A DNA stretch of 64,000 nucleotides from positions 23,927 through 87,926 of the forward strand of contig CAVYQA010000030.1 of NCBI GenBank assembly GCA_963770495.1. The letters are read 5' to 3'. This document shows, piece by piece, positions 50,342 to 60,889 of the stretch. This DNA is from Chitinophagales bacterium (GTDB lineage: Bacteria; Bacteroidota; Bacteroidia; Chitinophagales; CAVYQA01). The notes under the pieces are model-generated. The model made no database searches. It had not been told where the DNA came from and saw only the letters and a list, made by a program, of their open reading frames with translations. How positions within the stretch are numbered: position 1 is the stretch's first letter; each line of letters starts with the position of its first letter. The position numbers and the translations under genes were made by a program.

Positions 50342-50561
50342 ACCATTTTTCTTTAAAAAGTTCGCTGTTCTGTTCCACTAATTTAAGAATTTTATTTAAC
50401 TCTGCACTATTATAGCCATAAGATTTTGCTAAACTCACTTCAGGCGTAAGCCAGAACTTAGCAACCGCACCTGATTTTTCAACATGTATATGAGGAGATT
50501 CATTCCCTTCATTGCTGAAGAAGAAAAAACGATACCCATCAAGTATTAAAATTGTAGGCAT
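50322..50561 (-). CDS. DUF4160 domain protein
   Basis: ...YRFFFFSNEGNESPHIHVEKSGAVAKFWL... It overlaps the DUF2442 gene by 20 nt. Confidence 0.7.
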   Translation of the reverse strand: MPTILILDGYRFFFFSNEGNESPHIHVEKSGAVAKFWLTPEVSLAKSYGYNSAELNKILKLVEQNSELFKEKWYEYFGR

Positions 50562-50720
50562 TATAAATGTATTATTTACAATAGTACAAAATGTTCTTTA
50601 AAACTGTTTAATGAATTCAAGAACTTTCAGACCTTTTAACCTTCAAACCTTATAACCATTAAACTATGCACATCTTTTCCACAGAGCAATAAATAGTTAA
50701 ATAAAGGTGTTAAATTGAGT

Positions 50721-50728
50721 TAAATTTG
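50721..50728 (+). promoter_or_regulatory. Bacteroidota -7 box (TAaaTTTG) for smc
   Basis: Exact TAnnTTTG match 24 nt upstream of the GTG start. Confidence 0.35.
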
Positions 50729-50751
50729 CGAACAAATTAAAAAAGATACTT

Positions 50752-53700
50752 GTGCGTTTAGTCAACTTAGAGATAAAGGGCTTTAAAAGTTTCCCGGAAA
50801 AGACTGTTATTAATTTTAATGATAATATAACGGGTGTGGTGGGACCCAATGGCTGCGGCAAATCGAACATTGTGGATGCCATTCGCTGGGTGCTGGGCGA
50901 GCAGAAAACCAGCGTGCTGCGCTCGGAGAAGATGGAGAACGTGATATTTAACGGCACCAAGGGGCGCAAATCGTCGGCATTGGCTGAGGTGACGCTGACG
51001 CTGGAGAACAACCGCAACCTGCTGCCAACGGATTACCACACGGTGACGATTAGCCGCCACTATTTCCGCAACGGTGACAGCGAATACCGCCTGAACAATG
51101 TTACCTGCCGGCTGAAAGATATTACCAACCTGTTCATAGACACAGGCATCGGCAGCGACTCGTATGCCATTATTGAGCTGCCGATGATAAACGATATTCT
51201 GAACGACAAGGACGGCTCGCGCAGGAGATTGTTTGAACAGGCGGCGGGCATATCGAAATACAAGGCGCGCAAAAAGGAGACGCTGAGCAAGCTGGAAGCC
51301 ACAGAGCTGGATATTAACCGCGTGGAAGATTTGTTATTCGAGATACAGAACAACCTGAAAACGCTGGAGAGCCAGGCGAAGAAGACGGAGCGCTATTATA
51401 AGCTGAAGGAAGAGTATATGCAGTTGAGTATACAATTGTCGCTGTTCAGTATAGTTAAAATAAAGCAGTCGTTTGATACATTAGAAAAACAGCGCGACGA
51501 GGAAGAGCAGAAGAAAATTGCCGGCGATACCGATATTATAACCCGTGAAGCGGAACTGCAAAAGGAAAAAACGGATAATCTTGAAAAAGAAAAGGCGCTG
51601 AACCAGCAGCAAAAAGCGCTGAATGAAATTACCACGGGCATTCAAAAGCAGGAGAATGAAAAGAACCTGCTAACGGAAAACCTGAAATATATTGCCGATA
51701 AAAAACAAAACCTGTTGCTGCAAATAGAACAGGCAGGCGCACAGGTTGCCACGTTGCAGGCGGACATACAGAATCTTGACGTGCAAAAAGCCATTCAAGT
51801 CGAAGAACAGTCAAAGCATGAGAAGGAAACCACTGAATTAAAAACCGAACTGGAACAAGTTCGCTTGCGCCACACAGACCACCGCAGCCGGTTACAGGAA
51901 CAGCAGGGGCATTTTACAACGAGTGAGAAAAAAATTGGCGAAACGGAACGCACCTCAACCGTGCTGACCATGCAGAGCGAAACGCTGAATAATGAATTGA
52001 CACAGCTAACTACAGAATTTGAACAACGCCAACAACAATTAGAAAACTTAAAAACCGATTTTGCCAAGCTGACTGAGGAAGAAGAAAATCAGAAAACGGT
52101 TATTAAGCAGGCGACGGATGAGAACGATTTACTGCAAACGCAGATTAGCGAGGCGCAGGAAAAACTGGATAACAGCCGCCAGGAGTTAATTGATATTAAC
52201 CGCAAGCTGGATGCGCGGCAGAATGAGTTTCAACTGACGAAAAGTTTTGTGGACAGCATGGAAGGTTTCCCAGAGTCTATTAAATTTTTGAAGCAAAATG
52301 ATGAGCAGTGGTCGAAAGACGCGCCGTTGCTGAGCGATATTATCTCCTGCCCTGCCGAATGGCGCACGGCGGTGGAAAGTTTTTTAGAGCCCTATCTTAA
52401 TTATTATGTGGTAAAAGATACGCGTGAGGCATGGCAGGCGCTGAACCTGCTGGGCAGCTCGCAAAAAGGGCGCGCTAACTTTTTTGTGTTGAGCGATTTT
52501 AAGAATTATCAGAAAAAAAATAATCCTATTCCTTACAACTCCACTGCCGCTTTGGATGTGGTGGAAGTGGACGAACAATATGCAAATCTTGCCAATTACC
52601 TCCTCGACCGGGTGTTTATTACGGAGCAGGATGAAATGCCTTCCACCAATTCTGATACTACTATTTTGTTAAACAAGGCGGGCAAATTTATCCGCTACCC
52701 TTATTCGGTTTCAGGAGGGCAGGTGGGTTCGTTTACAGGCAAGCGGTTAGGGCGTGTTAAGAATTTAGAAACGCTGCGTCATGATATTGAGCAATTGACA
52801 ACACAATCGGCAGAAGCGACTGAAAAAATAAACAAGGCACAAGCGGATTTACAGCAGTTGCGCTCGTCATCGGTGAATGAGCAGATAAATGAAGCGCGCG
52901 AGCAATACAATCTTATCCGCAACCGGTTGATTGAGGTTAAAACAAAGATCGAGAATTTAGAATCGGCAAATGCCAATTATGAGAACCGCAAACAGCATAT
53001 CCTCCACCGCCAGCAACAACTGAACGGCGAGTTGGAAGTGGTTAAACAGCAGTTGGCTGCTTTGCAGAATGAAAAATCGTTGCACATGTCTTCATTGGAT
53101 GCTGCGCAACTACAGTTCGGAGAAACGGATACACTGCTAACGGCGCAAAATGAAAAATTCAATGCGGCTAATATTCAATTCCTGCAACTGAAGCATTTGG
53201 TGGATTCAACACAACAGGAACTGCAATTCAAGAACCTGCAACTGCAAAATATACACACACAAATAACCACGAGCAACGACAGCGTGAGCCAGATTGCCAA
53301 CGAGATTATTGATGTGGAAAGCAAATTGAAAGTTATTACGGAGCATCTTATCACCTCGTACCAGTTAAAAGAAGAGCATGAAGGTGTAGTACACGCCACC
53401 GAGCAAATTTATTTTGAGAGCAAGAACAAAATAAACAGCGCGGAAGAAGCGATTCGCCAACTGCACAGGCATAAAGAGCAATCGGAGCTGATACTGAATG
53501 CCATTAAGGAAAAAATAAATGATTTGAAACTGGAATTGACGGGCTTGCGCGAACGGTTGAGTATTGAATTTAAAACGGATATTGATACCTTGATGGACCA
53601 GCAACCACCTGCGGATAAAAACCCGGAAGAACTGACTGAACAGGTACAGAGGATGAGAAACAGGATAGAAACTTACGGCGAGGTGAACCCGATGGCAATG

Positions 53701-54309
53701 GAGGCGTTTAATGAAATGAAACAGCGCGCTGATTTTATTGACAAACAAAAAACAGACTTGCTGAATGCAAAAGATTCTCTTATCCGCACCATTAATGAAA
53801 TTGAAATAACTGCCAAAGAACAGTTCATGACGGCGTTTACAAAGGTGAAAGAGAATTTTATACATGTTTATCACGAGCTCTTCAACCCGGATGATGATTG
53901 CGACCTTGTGTTGCTTGAGCCGGATAATCTTCTTGAAACAAATATCGAAATTATTGCCAAACCCAAAGGCAAACGCCCCAGCACCATTAACCAGCTATCG
54001 GGCGGAGAAAAAGCGCTTACGGCGGTATCGCTGTTGTTTGCGCTTTACCTGCTGAAACCCGCGCCATTCTGTATTCTTGACGAGGTGGACGCGCCGCTGG
54101 ATGACAATAACATTGAGCGGTTTAATGACATGATTAAGAAATTCTCTACCGATTCCCAGTTTATAGTTGTAACACATAACAAGCAAACCATGGCTTCTGT
54201 GGATGTGATATACGGCGTTACCATGGCTGAAGAAGGCGTGAGCAAGGTGGTGCCGGTGGATTTCAGGAGTTTGAACGTGGAATCGAAGGCGGAGACGGCA
54301 TCGGCGTAA
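50752..54309 (+). CDS. smc: Chromosome segregation protein SMC
   Basis: Walker A GPNGCGKSNIVDAIRWVLGEQ, long coiled coils, a hinge, the signature LSGGEKALTAVSLLFAL and Walker B FCILDEVDAPLD. Confidence 0.95.
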   Translation: MRLVNLEIKGFKSFPEKTVINFNDNITGVVGPNGCGKSNIVDAIRWVLGEQKTSVLRSEKMENVIFNGTKGRKSSALAEVTLTLENNRNLLPTDYHTVTISRHYFRNGDSEYRLNNVTCRLKDITNLFIDTGIGSDSYAIIELPMINDILNDKDGSRRRLFEQAAGISKYKARKKETLSKLEATELDINRVEDLLFEIQNNLKTLESQAKKTERYYKLKEEYMQLSIQLSLFSIVKIKQSFDTLEKQRDEEEQKKIAGDTDIITREAELQKEKTDNLEKEKALNQQQKALNEITTGIQKQENEKNLLTENLKYIADKKQNLLLQIEQAGAQVATLQADIQNLDVQKAIQVEEQSKHEKETTELKTELEQVRLRHTDHRSRLQEQQGHFTTSEKKIGETERTSTVLTMQSETLNNELTQLTTEFEQRQQQLENLKTDFAKLTEEEENQKTVIKQATDENDLLQTQISEAQEKLDNSRQELIDINRKLDARQNEFQLTKSFVDSMEGFPESIKFLKQNDEQWSKDAPLLSDIISCPAEWRTAVESFLEPYLNYYVVKDTREAWQALNLLGSSQKGRANFFVLSDFKNYQKKNNPIPYNSTAALDVVEVDEQYANLANYLLDRVFITEQDEMPSTNSDTTILLNKAGKFIRYPYSVSGGQVGSFTGKRLGRVKNLETLRHDIEQLTTQSAEATEKINKAQADLQQLRSSSVNEQINEAREQYNLIRNRLIEVKTKIENLESANANYENRKQHILHRQQQLNGELEVVKQQLAALQNEKSLHMSSLDAAQLQFGETDTLLTAQNEKFNAANIQFLQLKHLVDSTQQELQFKNLQLQNIHTQITTSNDSVSQIANEIIDVESKLKVITEHLITSYQLKEEHEGVVHATEQIYFESKNKINSAEEAIRQLHRHKEQSELILNAIKEKINDLKLELTGLRERLSIEFKTDIDTLMDQQPPADKNPEELTEQVQRMRNRIETYGEVNPMAMEAFNEMKQRADFIDKQKTDLLNAKDSLIRTINEIEITAKEQFMTAFTKVKENFIHVYHELFNPDDDCDLVLLEPDNLLETNIEIIAKPKGKRPSTINQLSGGEKALTAVSLLFALYLLKPAPFCILDEVDAPLDDNNIERFNDMIKKFSTDSQFIVVTHNKQTMASVDVIYGVTMAEEGVSKVVPVDFRSLNVESKAETASA

Positions 54310-54335
54310 GGCTTATAAAACATATCTTATAAGCC
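54310..54335 (+). terminator. Hairpin immediately after the smc stop
   Basis: ggcttataa-aacatatc-ttataagcc (9-bp perfect stem). It has no clear T-tract. Confidence 0.5.
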
Positions 54336-54395
54336 ACCGTGTCCCTGCTCCCACTTAAAGCTGCGCCAAAAAGGAGACACGGGGGGTACGGATAG
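54336..54395 (+). repeat. Family-E repeat, copy E1
   Basis: caccgtgtccctgct...ccaaaaaggagacacggggggtacggatag. It is similar to 56206..56265. Confidence 0.65.
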
Positions 54396-54483
54396 CTGCG
54401 CTCACTCCACCACAGATTAGTAGTACAACTGCCATTTCATTATATACCGGTCTGCTTTTATTCAAATCAAATGCTTTTTAAGC

Positions 54484-55408
54484 CTATTTTATAAACCGGT
54501 GAATTGCTTTATCAGCGTTATCTTGAAATGTAGTATTTTTCAAATCAACAAAAAAAGTACCCTGATCAACTACCTCCCCTGTTAACTTTCCCTGTTTACT
54601 TGCATAAAAAATGCCACTTTTATATCGCTCATCCGAAATTCCATCTACAAAGCGCTTTGCACCTACTTCTAACTTATGCACCACTCCCATCAATGGCATT
54701 ACAATAGGCATCATAATATACGTCAACACAAACTTCATTGGTTGGGGGACATTATCCGGTGCCCCAGTTCCCTTCGTGTTCCCGGGACTCATAACAACAA
54801 ATTTGATGTCAGGATATTTTCTTGCCATTGATAACATCCACATGGTTCCTGCATATTTAACGTATCCGTATGCTAGCAAATGCATCGAATTTATTACCAA
54901 AATATGATCCATCAAGAACAGCAGCAAACTCATCTACAGAAGAAGTCTTCATGGCAACCGGTTTCATTCCGAGCATCTTTACTCCCGGTACAGCTTCCGC
55001 ACTGACAAATAGTACTGCTTTTTTCAACTTATCATGTTTTATTAATTCCTCCACTAAAATTACATGCCCTAAAATATTCGTAGCAGCTAATTTATTCATA
55101 CCGGAAGGCGTAATTTTCGCAGCCGTTTTCCCAACTATTCCACCTGCATTTAAAATTACTGCATCAATAGGTTCCTTTATTTTTTCTACTGCTTTTCTTA
55201 CAGAATTTGCATCCGAAACATCCCCAATAATAATTTCAAAGATCTTTCTTCCTGTTTTCTCCTCAAGGTCTTTTTTTGCTGCCTCGGCTTTCGCTTGATT
55301 TCTGCAGAAAAGAATTACCTTTTTTGTTTCTTTTTTCAATGCTAACTGTCGGGCAGCCTCTTTCCCAAGCCCATTATTTGCTCCGGTTATTAATATACTT
55401 TCGTTCAT
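54484..55408 (-). CDS. SDR family NAD(P)-dependent oxidoreductase, frame-broken
   Basis: ILITGANNGLGKEAA lies in ORF 54857..55408, and the C-terminal half ...AYGYVKYAGTMWM... lies in ORF 54484..54933. The frames join at about 54872..54878 (...GNKFDAFA/AYGYVKY). Confidence 0.8.
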
Positions 55409-55538
55409 TTTTCTATTCTTTTTTATTTAGTTAAGTTAATTGTTGAATGCAGAAGGGCGTGCTTTAATTATATTTTAATTCGATTGTGCAATATTACGAA
55501 CTTCGTAATTAATAACCAAATTTTTTTGCCTTTTATTT

Positions 55539-55976
55539 TTAAGACACTATTGCGGCTGCAAGTTTACTGATGTGGTTGATCAATGTATTATGCTCTTTCT
55601 CGTTGAAGTGGGAAAGGACTTTTTTTGTCATTGCTTTCTTTCGGGTTAAAAACGCTTTGTAAGATTCCAGACCTTTTTCACCAAGAGCAACTTTCACCAC
55701 ACGCCTGTCTTCATCAGAGTTATGACGCACCAGAAATTTATTTGAAACGAGTTTATCTGCAATACTTGTAAGCGTGCTTAACGGCGCCTTTAAATAATCG
55801 GCTATCTCGCTCATTTTTACACTTTTATTGTCTCCTACAAAAGCTAAAATCATTAGTTCCTTTTCATTTATTTCGCCACATATCTTACAGCAATGCTCCG
55901 ACTCGCATTTTATTGCACTGGTCAGGCTGAACATTGCAGAAATAAACTGGCTCATCTTATCATCCTTCGCTGACAT
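55539..55976 (-). CDS. MarR family transcriptional regulator
   Basis: 145 aa with a winged-HTH region ...MSEIADYLKAPLSTLTSIADKLVSNKFLVRHNSDEDRRVV... Confidence 0.8.
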   Translation of the reverse strand: MSAKDDKMSQFISAMFSLTSAIKCESEHCCKICGEINEKELMILAFVGDNKSVKMSEIADYLKAPLSTLTSIADKLVSNKFLVRHNSDEDRRVVKVALGEKGLESYKAFLTRKKAMTKKVLSHFNEKEHNTLINHISKLAAAIVS

Positions 55977-56115
55977 GGTAAATTATTTTATCTGTGTTAT
56001 TAAATGCTGCAAAGTTACGAAGTTCGAAATAAAATAATCAGGTCTAAATTAAAAGCAGGTTTCTTAAAGAGAAAGAGCCTAGGAACTGAGCATCTATGGC
56101 TAGGGCAAACGGAAC

Positions 56116-56265
56116 CTTCCGTCCTCGCAAAATCTCCTTTTTAGGAACTTTGCGTTTTTACTTCAACAAAAATAATTAATTTGCAATAGCATTTCATTTA
56201 TAAAACACCGTATCCCTGCTTGTGCACAAGGCAACTCCAAAAATGACACGGCCGGGGCGGAATAG
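56116..56265 (+). repeat. Family-G repeat copy G1 (56116..56200) followed by family-E copy E2 (56206..56265)
   Basis: G1 is cttccgtcctcgcaaaatctcctttttaggaactttgcgtttttacttcaacaaaaataattaatttgcaatagcatttcattta. Confidence 0.8.
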
Positions 56266-56283
56266 AAATCAAGTAACCGTCCC

Positions 56284-58446
56284 TTATATATTTTTTGGTT
56301 GAAAATCAGGGTCGCCGCATTGCCATAGAAAGAAAGCATCTTCAAAAGCAATCTCGTTAAATAACTCTGACATGGTGCTTCCGCCAAAATGCCCTCCCTT
56401 ATAATTTACATACAATAATACAGGATTAGCAGTTGCCGCATTATCGGCTTGCATAGCCGCTGCAAACTTAGCGGGTACCCAGCTTATTACACGCGGATCG
56501 TTAAAGCCGGTGGTAATTAATTGAGCGGGATATTTTACACCGGGTTTAACATGAAGGTAGGCATCCATTTCAAGCAGCGCCTTAAATTCGTCTTGCTTTT
56601 TAACCGTGCCAAACTCAGGAATATTAACAGGTCCATTGGGGCTAAACTCCATGCGCATGGCATTAAGGCAGCCTACTTTTGGTATAGCTACTTTATAAAG
56701 GTCAGGTCTGTCAGTAATAGCCCTGCCAATTAATATGCCGCCGGCACTGGCGCCTGAGCAACCCAGCTTATCACTTGAGGTATACTTATTTTTTACCAGG
56801 TAATCGGCACAAGCGTTAAAATCTTTCCAGGTGTTAGGTTTTGTTGTTTTCATTCCCTGCAAATGCCAGTTCTCACCTTTCTCGCCGCCGCCGCGTATAT
56901 GGGCATAAGCAATTACAACGCCTCGTTTTAACAGCAACAGGTTTGCCGCAGAAAAATACGGACTATATGGAGATAGCCCATACGCTCCATAGCCTGTTAT
57001 AAAACACATATTGCTGCCATCTTTTTTCAAAAGAGTTTTGTCGTAAATAATAGAAAGAGGAACCATTGTGCCGTCATAGGACGGAATTTCAACTTCTTCA
57101 GACACCAGGTTTTCAGCGCCGGGAAAAGCATAATCAAGATAAAAAGCACCCTTTTCAAATTTACCGGTTTCAAGGTTGTAAGAATAATAATGATCGGGCG
57201 AGGTCCACGAACTGTTCCACACTATACAGTCATTGGTTTGTGTGCTTAACGGATATATTTCGATGCTGCCGTTAAGTGGCAAATCAGCGTCCTCTACTTT
57301 GCCGGTTTTTACGTTAAACTTCTTCACCATATACTGAACGCCGTTTTTCGATAGTGTTATAATGATGTAATCTTTAGCGTCTGTTATGCCTTCTATTTTC
57401 CAATCGCCGCCATTATATACCTCTGCAGCCTGAGAAAGATCAGGTGAGGGGAGGGTTGTTTTAACCAATCTCATATTATTATTCCCCTTTGAAGTGAGGC
57501 AATACACATCATTGTCGCGTATAATAAAATTCTTTACTTCATCACTGTATTTGCAAAAGGGTTTCCAGCTGATAGCAGGCGCGTTCAACTCAGCTTTAGG
57601 TGCAAAAAACAGTTCCTGGTTAGGGTTTACATTTCCTTTCCCGGCAAAAATATAATTGCCGTGTTGCGAGTAAGCAACAAACGGATAATCTTCAGGCAAA
57701 ATATTAAGGCCGGGATACCTGGTGCGGCTTAATAATTCCACATCCTTCGCTTCAGGGTCGCCTAATTTGTGTATTTTGAATTTGGTATTAAGGTTATTTT
57801 CAGGATCATGCACATCGCCATTTTTACGCTTATTATAAAGCACAATATCATTGCTGCCATCCATAAAACCGCCGCCGGCAAATTGTATTTTATCCGGCAA
57901 ATATGCCCCAGTTGCAATGTCTTTAAAAACCATGAAGCTTATTTCTGCACCTTGTTCTGAAAGGTTAAGTAAAAGTATTTTGCCGTTATCACTCACATCA
58001 AAACTGGCTTGCATCACTTTTCCTTTTTCATAGGTAAGGGGGTCGAATATTAAAACGTCTTTAACGCTGATACCATCGCGATAAAATATTTTACTGATTT
58101 CTTCACCAGGTAACCGTTTATCAAAAAAGTACCGGTCACCCTGGCGGCGGATGCCTGCGTATTTTACCGGTTTAATTTTGTCGTATGCCTTTAATTCGGC
58201 TTTAAGTGTATCCTGTCCGGGTATTTTAGCTAACGTGCTGTCAGTATAAACAGCCTGTTTTTTAAACCAGTCTGAATCAGCTTTCGTTTCAATGTATTCC
58301 AGCCAGCGATAGGGATCTTTAACGGTTTGACCAAAATAGGTATCACTGCTGTCAACGGTTTTCGTTGCAGGATAGTGATAGGAAACTTGTGTCGTTTGCG
58401 TACAGCCAAAAGCGAACAAAAGCACTAATACAGATATATATTTCAT
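56284..58446 (-). CDS. Prolyl oligopeptidase family (S9A) serine peptidase
   Basis: 720 aa with a lipoprotein-like signal, a beta-propeller and a catalytic domain containing GCSGASAGGIL. Confidence 0.9.
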   Translation of the reverse strand: MKYISVLVLLFAFGCTQTTQVSYHYPATKTVDSSDTYFGQTVKDPYRWLEYIETKADSDWFKKQAVYTDSTLAKIPGQDTLKAELKAYDKIKPVKYAGIRRQGDRYFFDKRLPGEEISKIFYRDGISVKDVLIFDPLTYEKGKVMQASFDVSDNGKILLLNLSEQGAEISFMVFKDIATGAYLPDKIQFAGGGFMDGSNDIVLYNKRKNGDVHDPENNLNTKFKIHKLGDPEAKDVELLSRTRYPGLNILPEDYPFVAYSQHGNYIFAGKGNVNPNQELFFAPKAELNAPAISWKPFCKYSDEVKNFIIRDNDVYCLTSKGNNNMRLVKTTLPSPDLSQAAEVYNGGDWKIEGITDAKDYIIITLSKNGVQYMVKKFNVKTGKVEDADLPLNGSIEIYPLSTQTNDCIVWNSSWTSPDHYYSYNLETGKFEKGAFYLDYAFPGAENLVSEEVEIPSYDGTMVPLSIIYDKTLLKKDGSNMCFITGYGAYGLSPYSPYFSAANLLLLKRGVVIAYAHIRGGGEKGENWHLQGMKTTKPNTWKDFNACADYLVKNKYTSSDKLGCSGASAGGILIGRAITDRPDLYKVAIPKVGCLNAMRMEFSPNGPVNIPEFGTVKKQDEFKALLEMDAYLHVKPGVKYPAQLITTGFNDPRVISWVPAKFAAAMQADNAATANPVLLYVNYKGGHFGGSTMSELFNEIAFEDAFFLWQCGDPDFQPKNI

Positions 58447-58522
58447 AAGTAAATGGTTTAATAGTAAAGGTGAAAGTAATAAAACTATTTTTTAGTTGGT
58501 AAATCAAACAGCGCAGTTTAAA

Positions 58523-59230
58523 CTACACTGCCAAATGATATTCTTTTTCGATTAATTCGATAAGCTGTTGTGCAGCAATACTTCTTTCATTTCCAATTTT
58601 TTCTCCCAGGATCAGTGCGCCATATAAGTATTGCGCACTGGTAATTAACTCATTTAATACAACCGGGTCTTCGGTAAGTAACGCAGTTGCACCGGCAGGT
58701 ATTTCTTTTTTTTCTTTTATTATTTTGAGCAGCAATTCGCCATCAAATAGTTGCCCCATCTCATTTCCATAATCCGTAGCCCACACCATAATGGATTCGT
58801 TATATTTTTTGAGTTCGCTTACTGAATAATAATAATATGAAATACTGCTGGCTACCTGTTGCCTGCTTATCAATCGCAAGGTTCCGGAACTTTTCATTTG
58901 TTCATAAGTACGTTCAGTGAAGAATAACTGCTTAAACTGAGGTAATACCATTCTTGCTGTATAGGCAAGTTTAGAAATATATTGCTTTCTTTCCGGGCTT
59001 TTTATAAGTTGTACAAGTGTGTCAATTAATTCAAATACAGCTTTGTTATTTATTGTATAATTATTGTAAAGAACAATATCCGCTCTCAAGTCCTCTAACA
59101 TATTTTGCATATAAACTCTCTCTTGTTTTTTTTCTGCCAGGCGTTCTCTCAGGTTCTCCGCTAAAAAACCCAAATACACAGCCAGGAACAGCATAAAAAA
59201 TTCAAAGAAATAATGTCCAACCGTTTCCAT
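58523..59230 (-). CDS. Hypothetical membrane-anchored protein
   Basis: One N-terminal TM segment (YFFEFFMLFLAVYLGFLA). I recognise no domain. Confidence 0.5.
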   Translation of the reverse strand: METVGHYFFEFFMLFLAVYLGFLAENLRERLAEKKQERVYMQNMLEDLRADIVLYNNYTINNKAVFELIDTLVQLIKSPERKQYISKLAYTARMVLPQFKQLFFTERTYEQMKSSGTLRLISRQQVASSISYYYYSVSELKKYNESIMVWATDYGNEMGQLFDGELLLKIIKEKKEIPAGATALLTEDPVVLNELITSAQYLYGALILGEKIGNERSIAAQQLIELIEKEYHLAV

Positions 59231-59274
59231 TAGCTTTGTTCGAATTGATAAACTTCCATATTATTTGTCTCTTA

Positions 59275-59357
59275 CTTCCGTCTTCGCAAAGTCTTCTTTT
59301 AGGGACTTTGCGTTTTTACTTCAACGGAAATAATTAATTTGCAATATTATTTCATTT
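59275..59357 (+). repeat. Family-G repeat, copy G2
   Basis: cttccgtcttcgcaaagtcttcttttagggactttgcgtttttacttcaacggaaataattaatttgcaatattatttcattta. It contains a perfect hairpin, cgcaaagtc-ttcttttagg-gactttgcg. Confidence 0.8.
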
Positions 59358-59421
59358 AGGTCTGCTAAGTTCAAAATTAACTGAATCTTTATTATTTTGT
59401 GAATTAAAGTAATATAAATTC

Positions 59422-60835
59422 ATGAACCCGCAGGTAGAAAAGCTGGAACAACTTTTTATTCAGGGGAAGAACAACCCTGCTGCACTCAATACGTTTTTCA
59501 ATGAGTTTTGGCTTTCTACAGATTCGCTGCCCAGGCCGGAAGCCCGAACATTAGTCGACCATGTGGTTGAATGGAACCGGGTCGCAGGTTCCACTCCAGC
59601 AGAGTAATTTGGCATTGGCAACACTTGCCTCAGGTTTTGAGGCATTTCATGAAGGAAACTTTGAAGAATCGCTTTCAATACTGGCTGAGGCACGCCGGTT
59701 ATTTGCCGGGGTTAAAGATGAAGACGGCATTGAGGCGGCAAGTGTGATGGAGGGTTGCGATTATCGCTCGCTGGGTGAAATGGAATTGGCGCTTAAACAC
59801 CTGCTTGATGCCTATGAGCAACTATCGAAAACAAAGCGGTACCAGGCTTTCATGGGTTTTTGTATTTACCAACTCGCTGAAATTTATTCCGAAACCGGTG
59901 AGTATGACGAGGCATTACATTTTCACCAGCTTGGTGAAAAATTTACACTTGCCAAAGACACAGAGAACAAGAACCTGCTTACACGCGTGCTCAACGGAAT
60001 CGGCGTGGTGTACCGGCATCAGAAAAGATATTCGCTGTCGCTTGAATACCTAACGCGCTCACTGAAACTGACGGAAGAATTAAACAACCTTCCGGTTAAA
60101 GCAAGAGCGCTCACCGATTTGGGTACCTATTATTTTGAGATGGGAGATTATGCTGCAGCAACTGATTATTATCACCAGGCGCTGGCTATCCGGAATGACA
60201 TGAAGATTCAGAACGGAGCGGTAACCAACATGATGCAGCTTGCAGAACTATCAGTGAAATCGGACAGGCAGGATGAAGCCATCGCATGGCTTAACCAGGC
60301 GCTTAGAATTACCGAAGAATTAAAAGTGAAGCCGAAGATGTTCCAGATTCATTTAAAGCTCTCGGAAATTTACCGGGCGAAAGGAGACCTGATGAAAAGC
60401 CTGTTTCATCATATGGCATTTCACAACATCAGGGAAGATGTGCAGCATGAGGATAATGAAAAGAAAATAAAGAACCTTAAACTGATTTTTGAGGGGGAGC
60501 AAACGAAAAAGGAAAATACCATCATCAAGGCGCAGAAAGCGGAGATTGAAAGCAAGAACCAACAACTGCAGGAAACGATTGACGAACTCACCATCACCAA
60601 GGTGAGCCGTAAGGCAAAAGTGATTACACTGGTGGTGGGAGTTACTCTTATCGTTGCGGAAGACCCGATTTTTAATTTGGTGCTAAGCCAGATAGGAAAA
60701 TACAATTATTTCTTCTCCATTTTAGCCAAGGTCATCATTATCCTAAGTTTAAAACCTATTGACACTGCCATTGAAAATTATCTTTTGAGAAGAATTGTAC
60801 TTAAGGGAAGAAAAAAAATAACCCCTACTGCATAA
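59422..60835 (+). CDS. TPR-repeat protein with coiled coil and C-terminal TM segments; possibly frame-broken near the N-terminus
   Basis: ORF 59561..60835 has TPR-like units, a coiled coil and two TM helices. The 61-aa ORF 59422..59607 overlaps it, and the two frames are both open only in 59555..59607. Confidence 0.55.
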
Positions 60836-60889
60836 GGGGCATGGCAGCAGAGGTAATTTGACTCCTATAAAAAAGCTACATTTGCCTGT

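Noticed and set aside
43884-50561. An intact prophage or integrative element around terS/terL.
   Set aside because: Only two phage-like genes are present. There is no integrase, portal, capsid or att-like long repeats. The flanking direct repeats belong to a family that is dispersed window-wide.
50697-54323. Many minus-strand ORFs inside smc (for example 53365..53874, 169 aa, and 50697..51017).
   Set aside because: They are antisense shadows of a coiled-coil gene. SMC is unambiguous on the plus strand.
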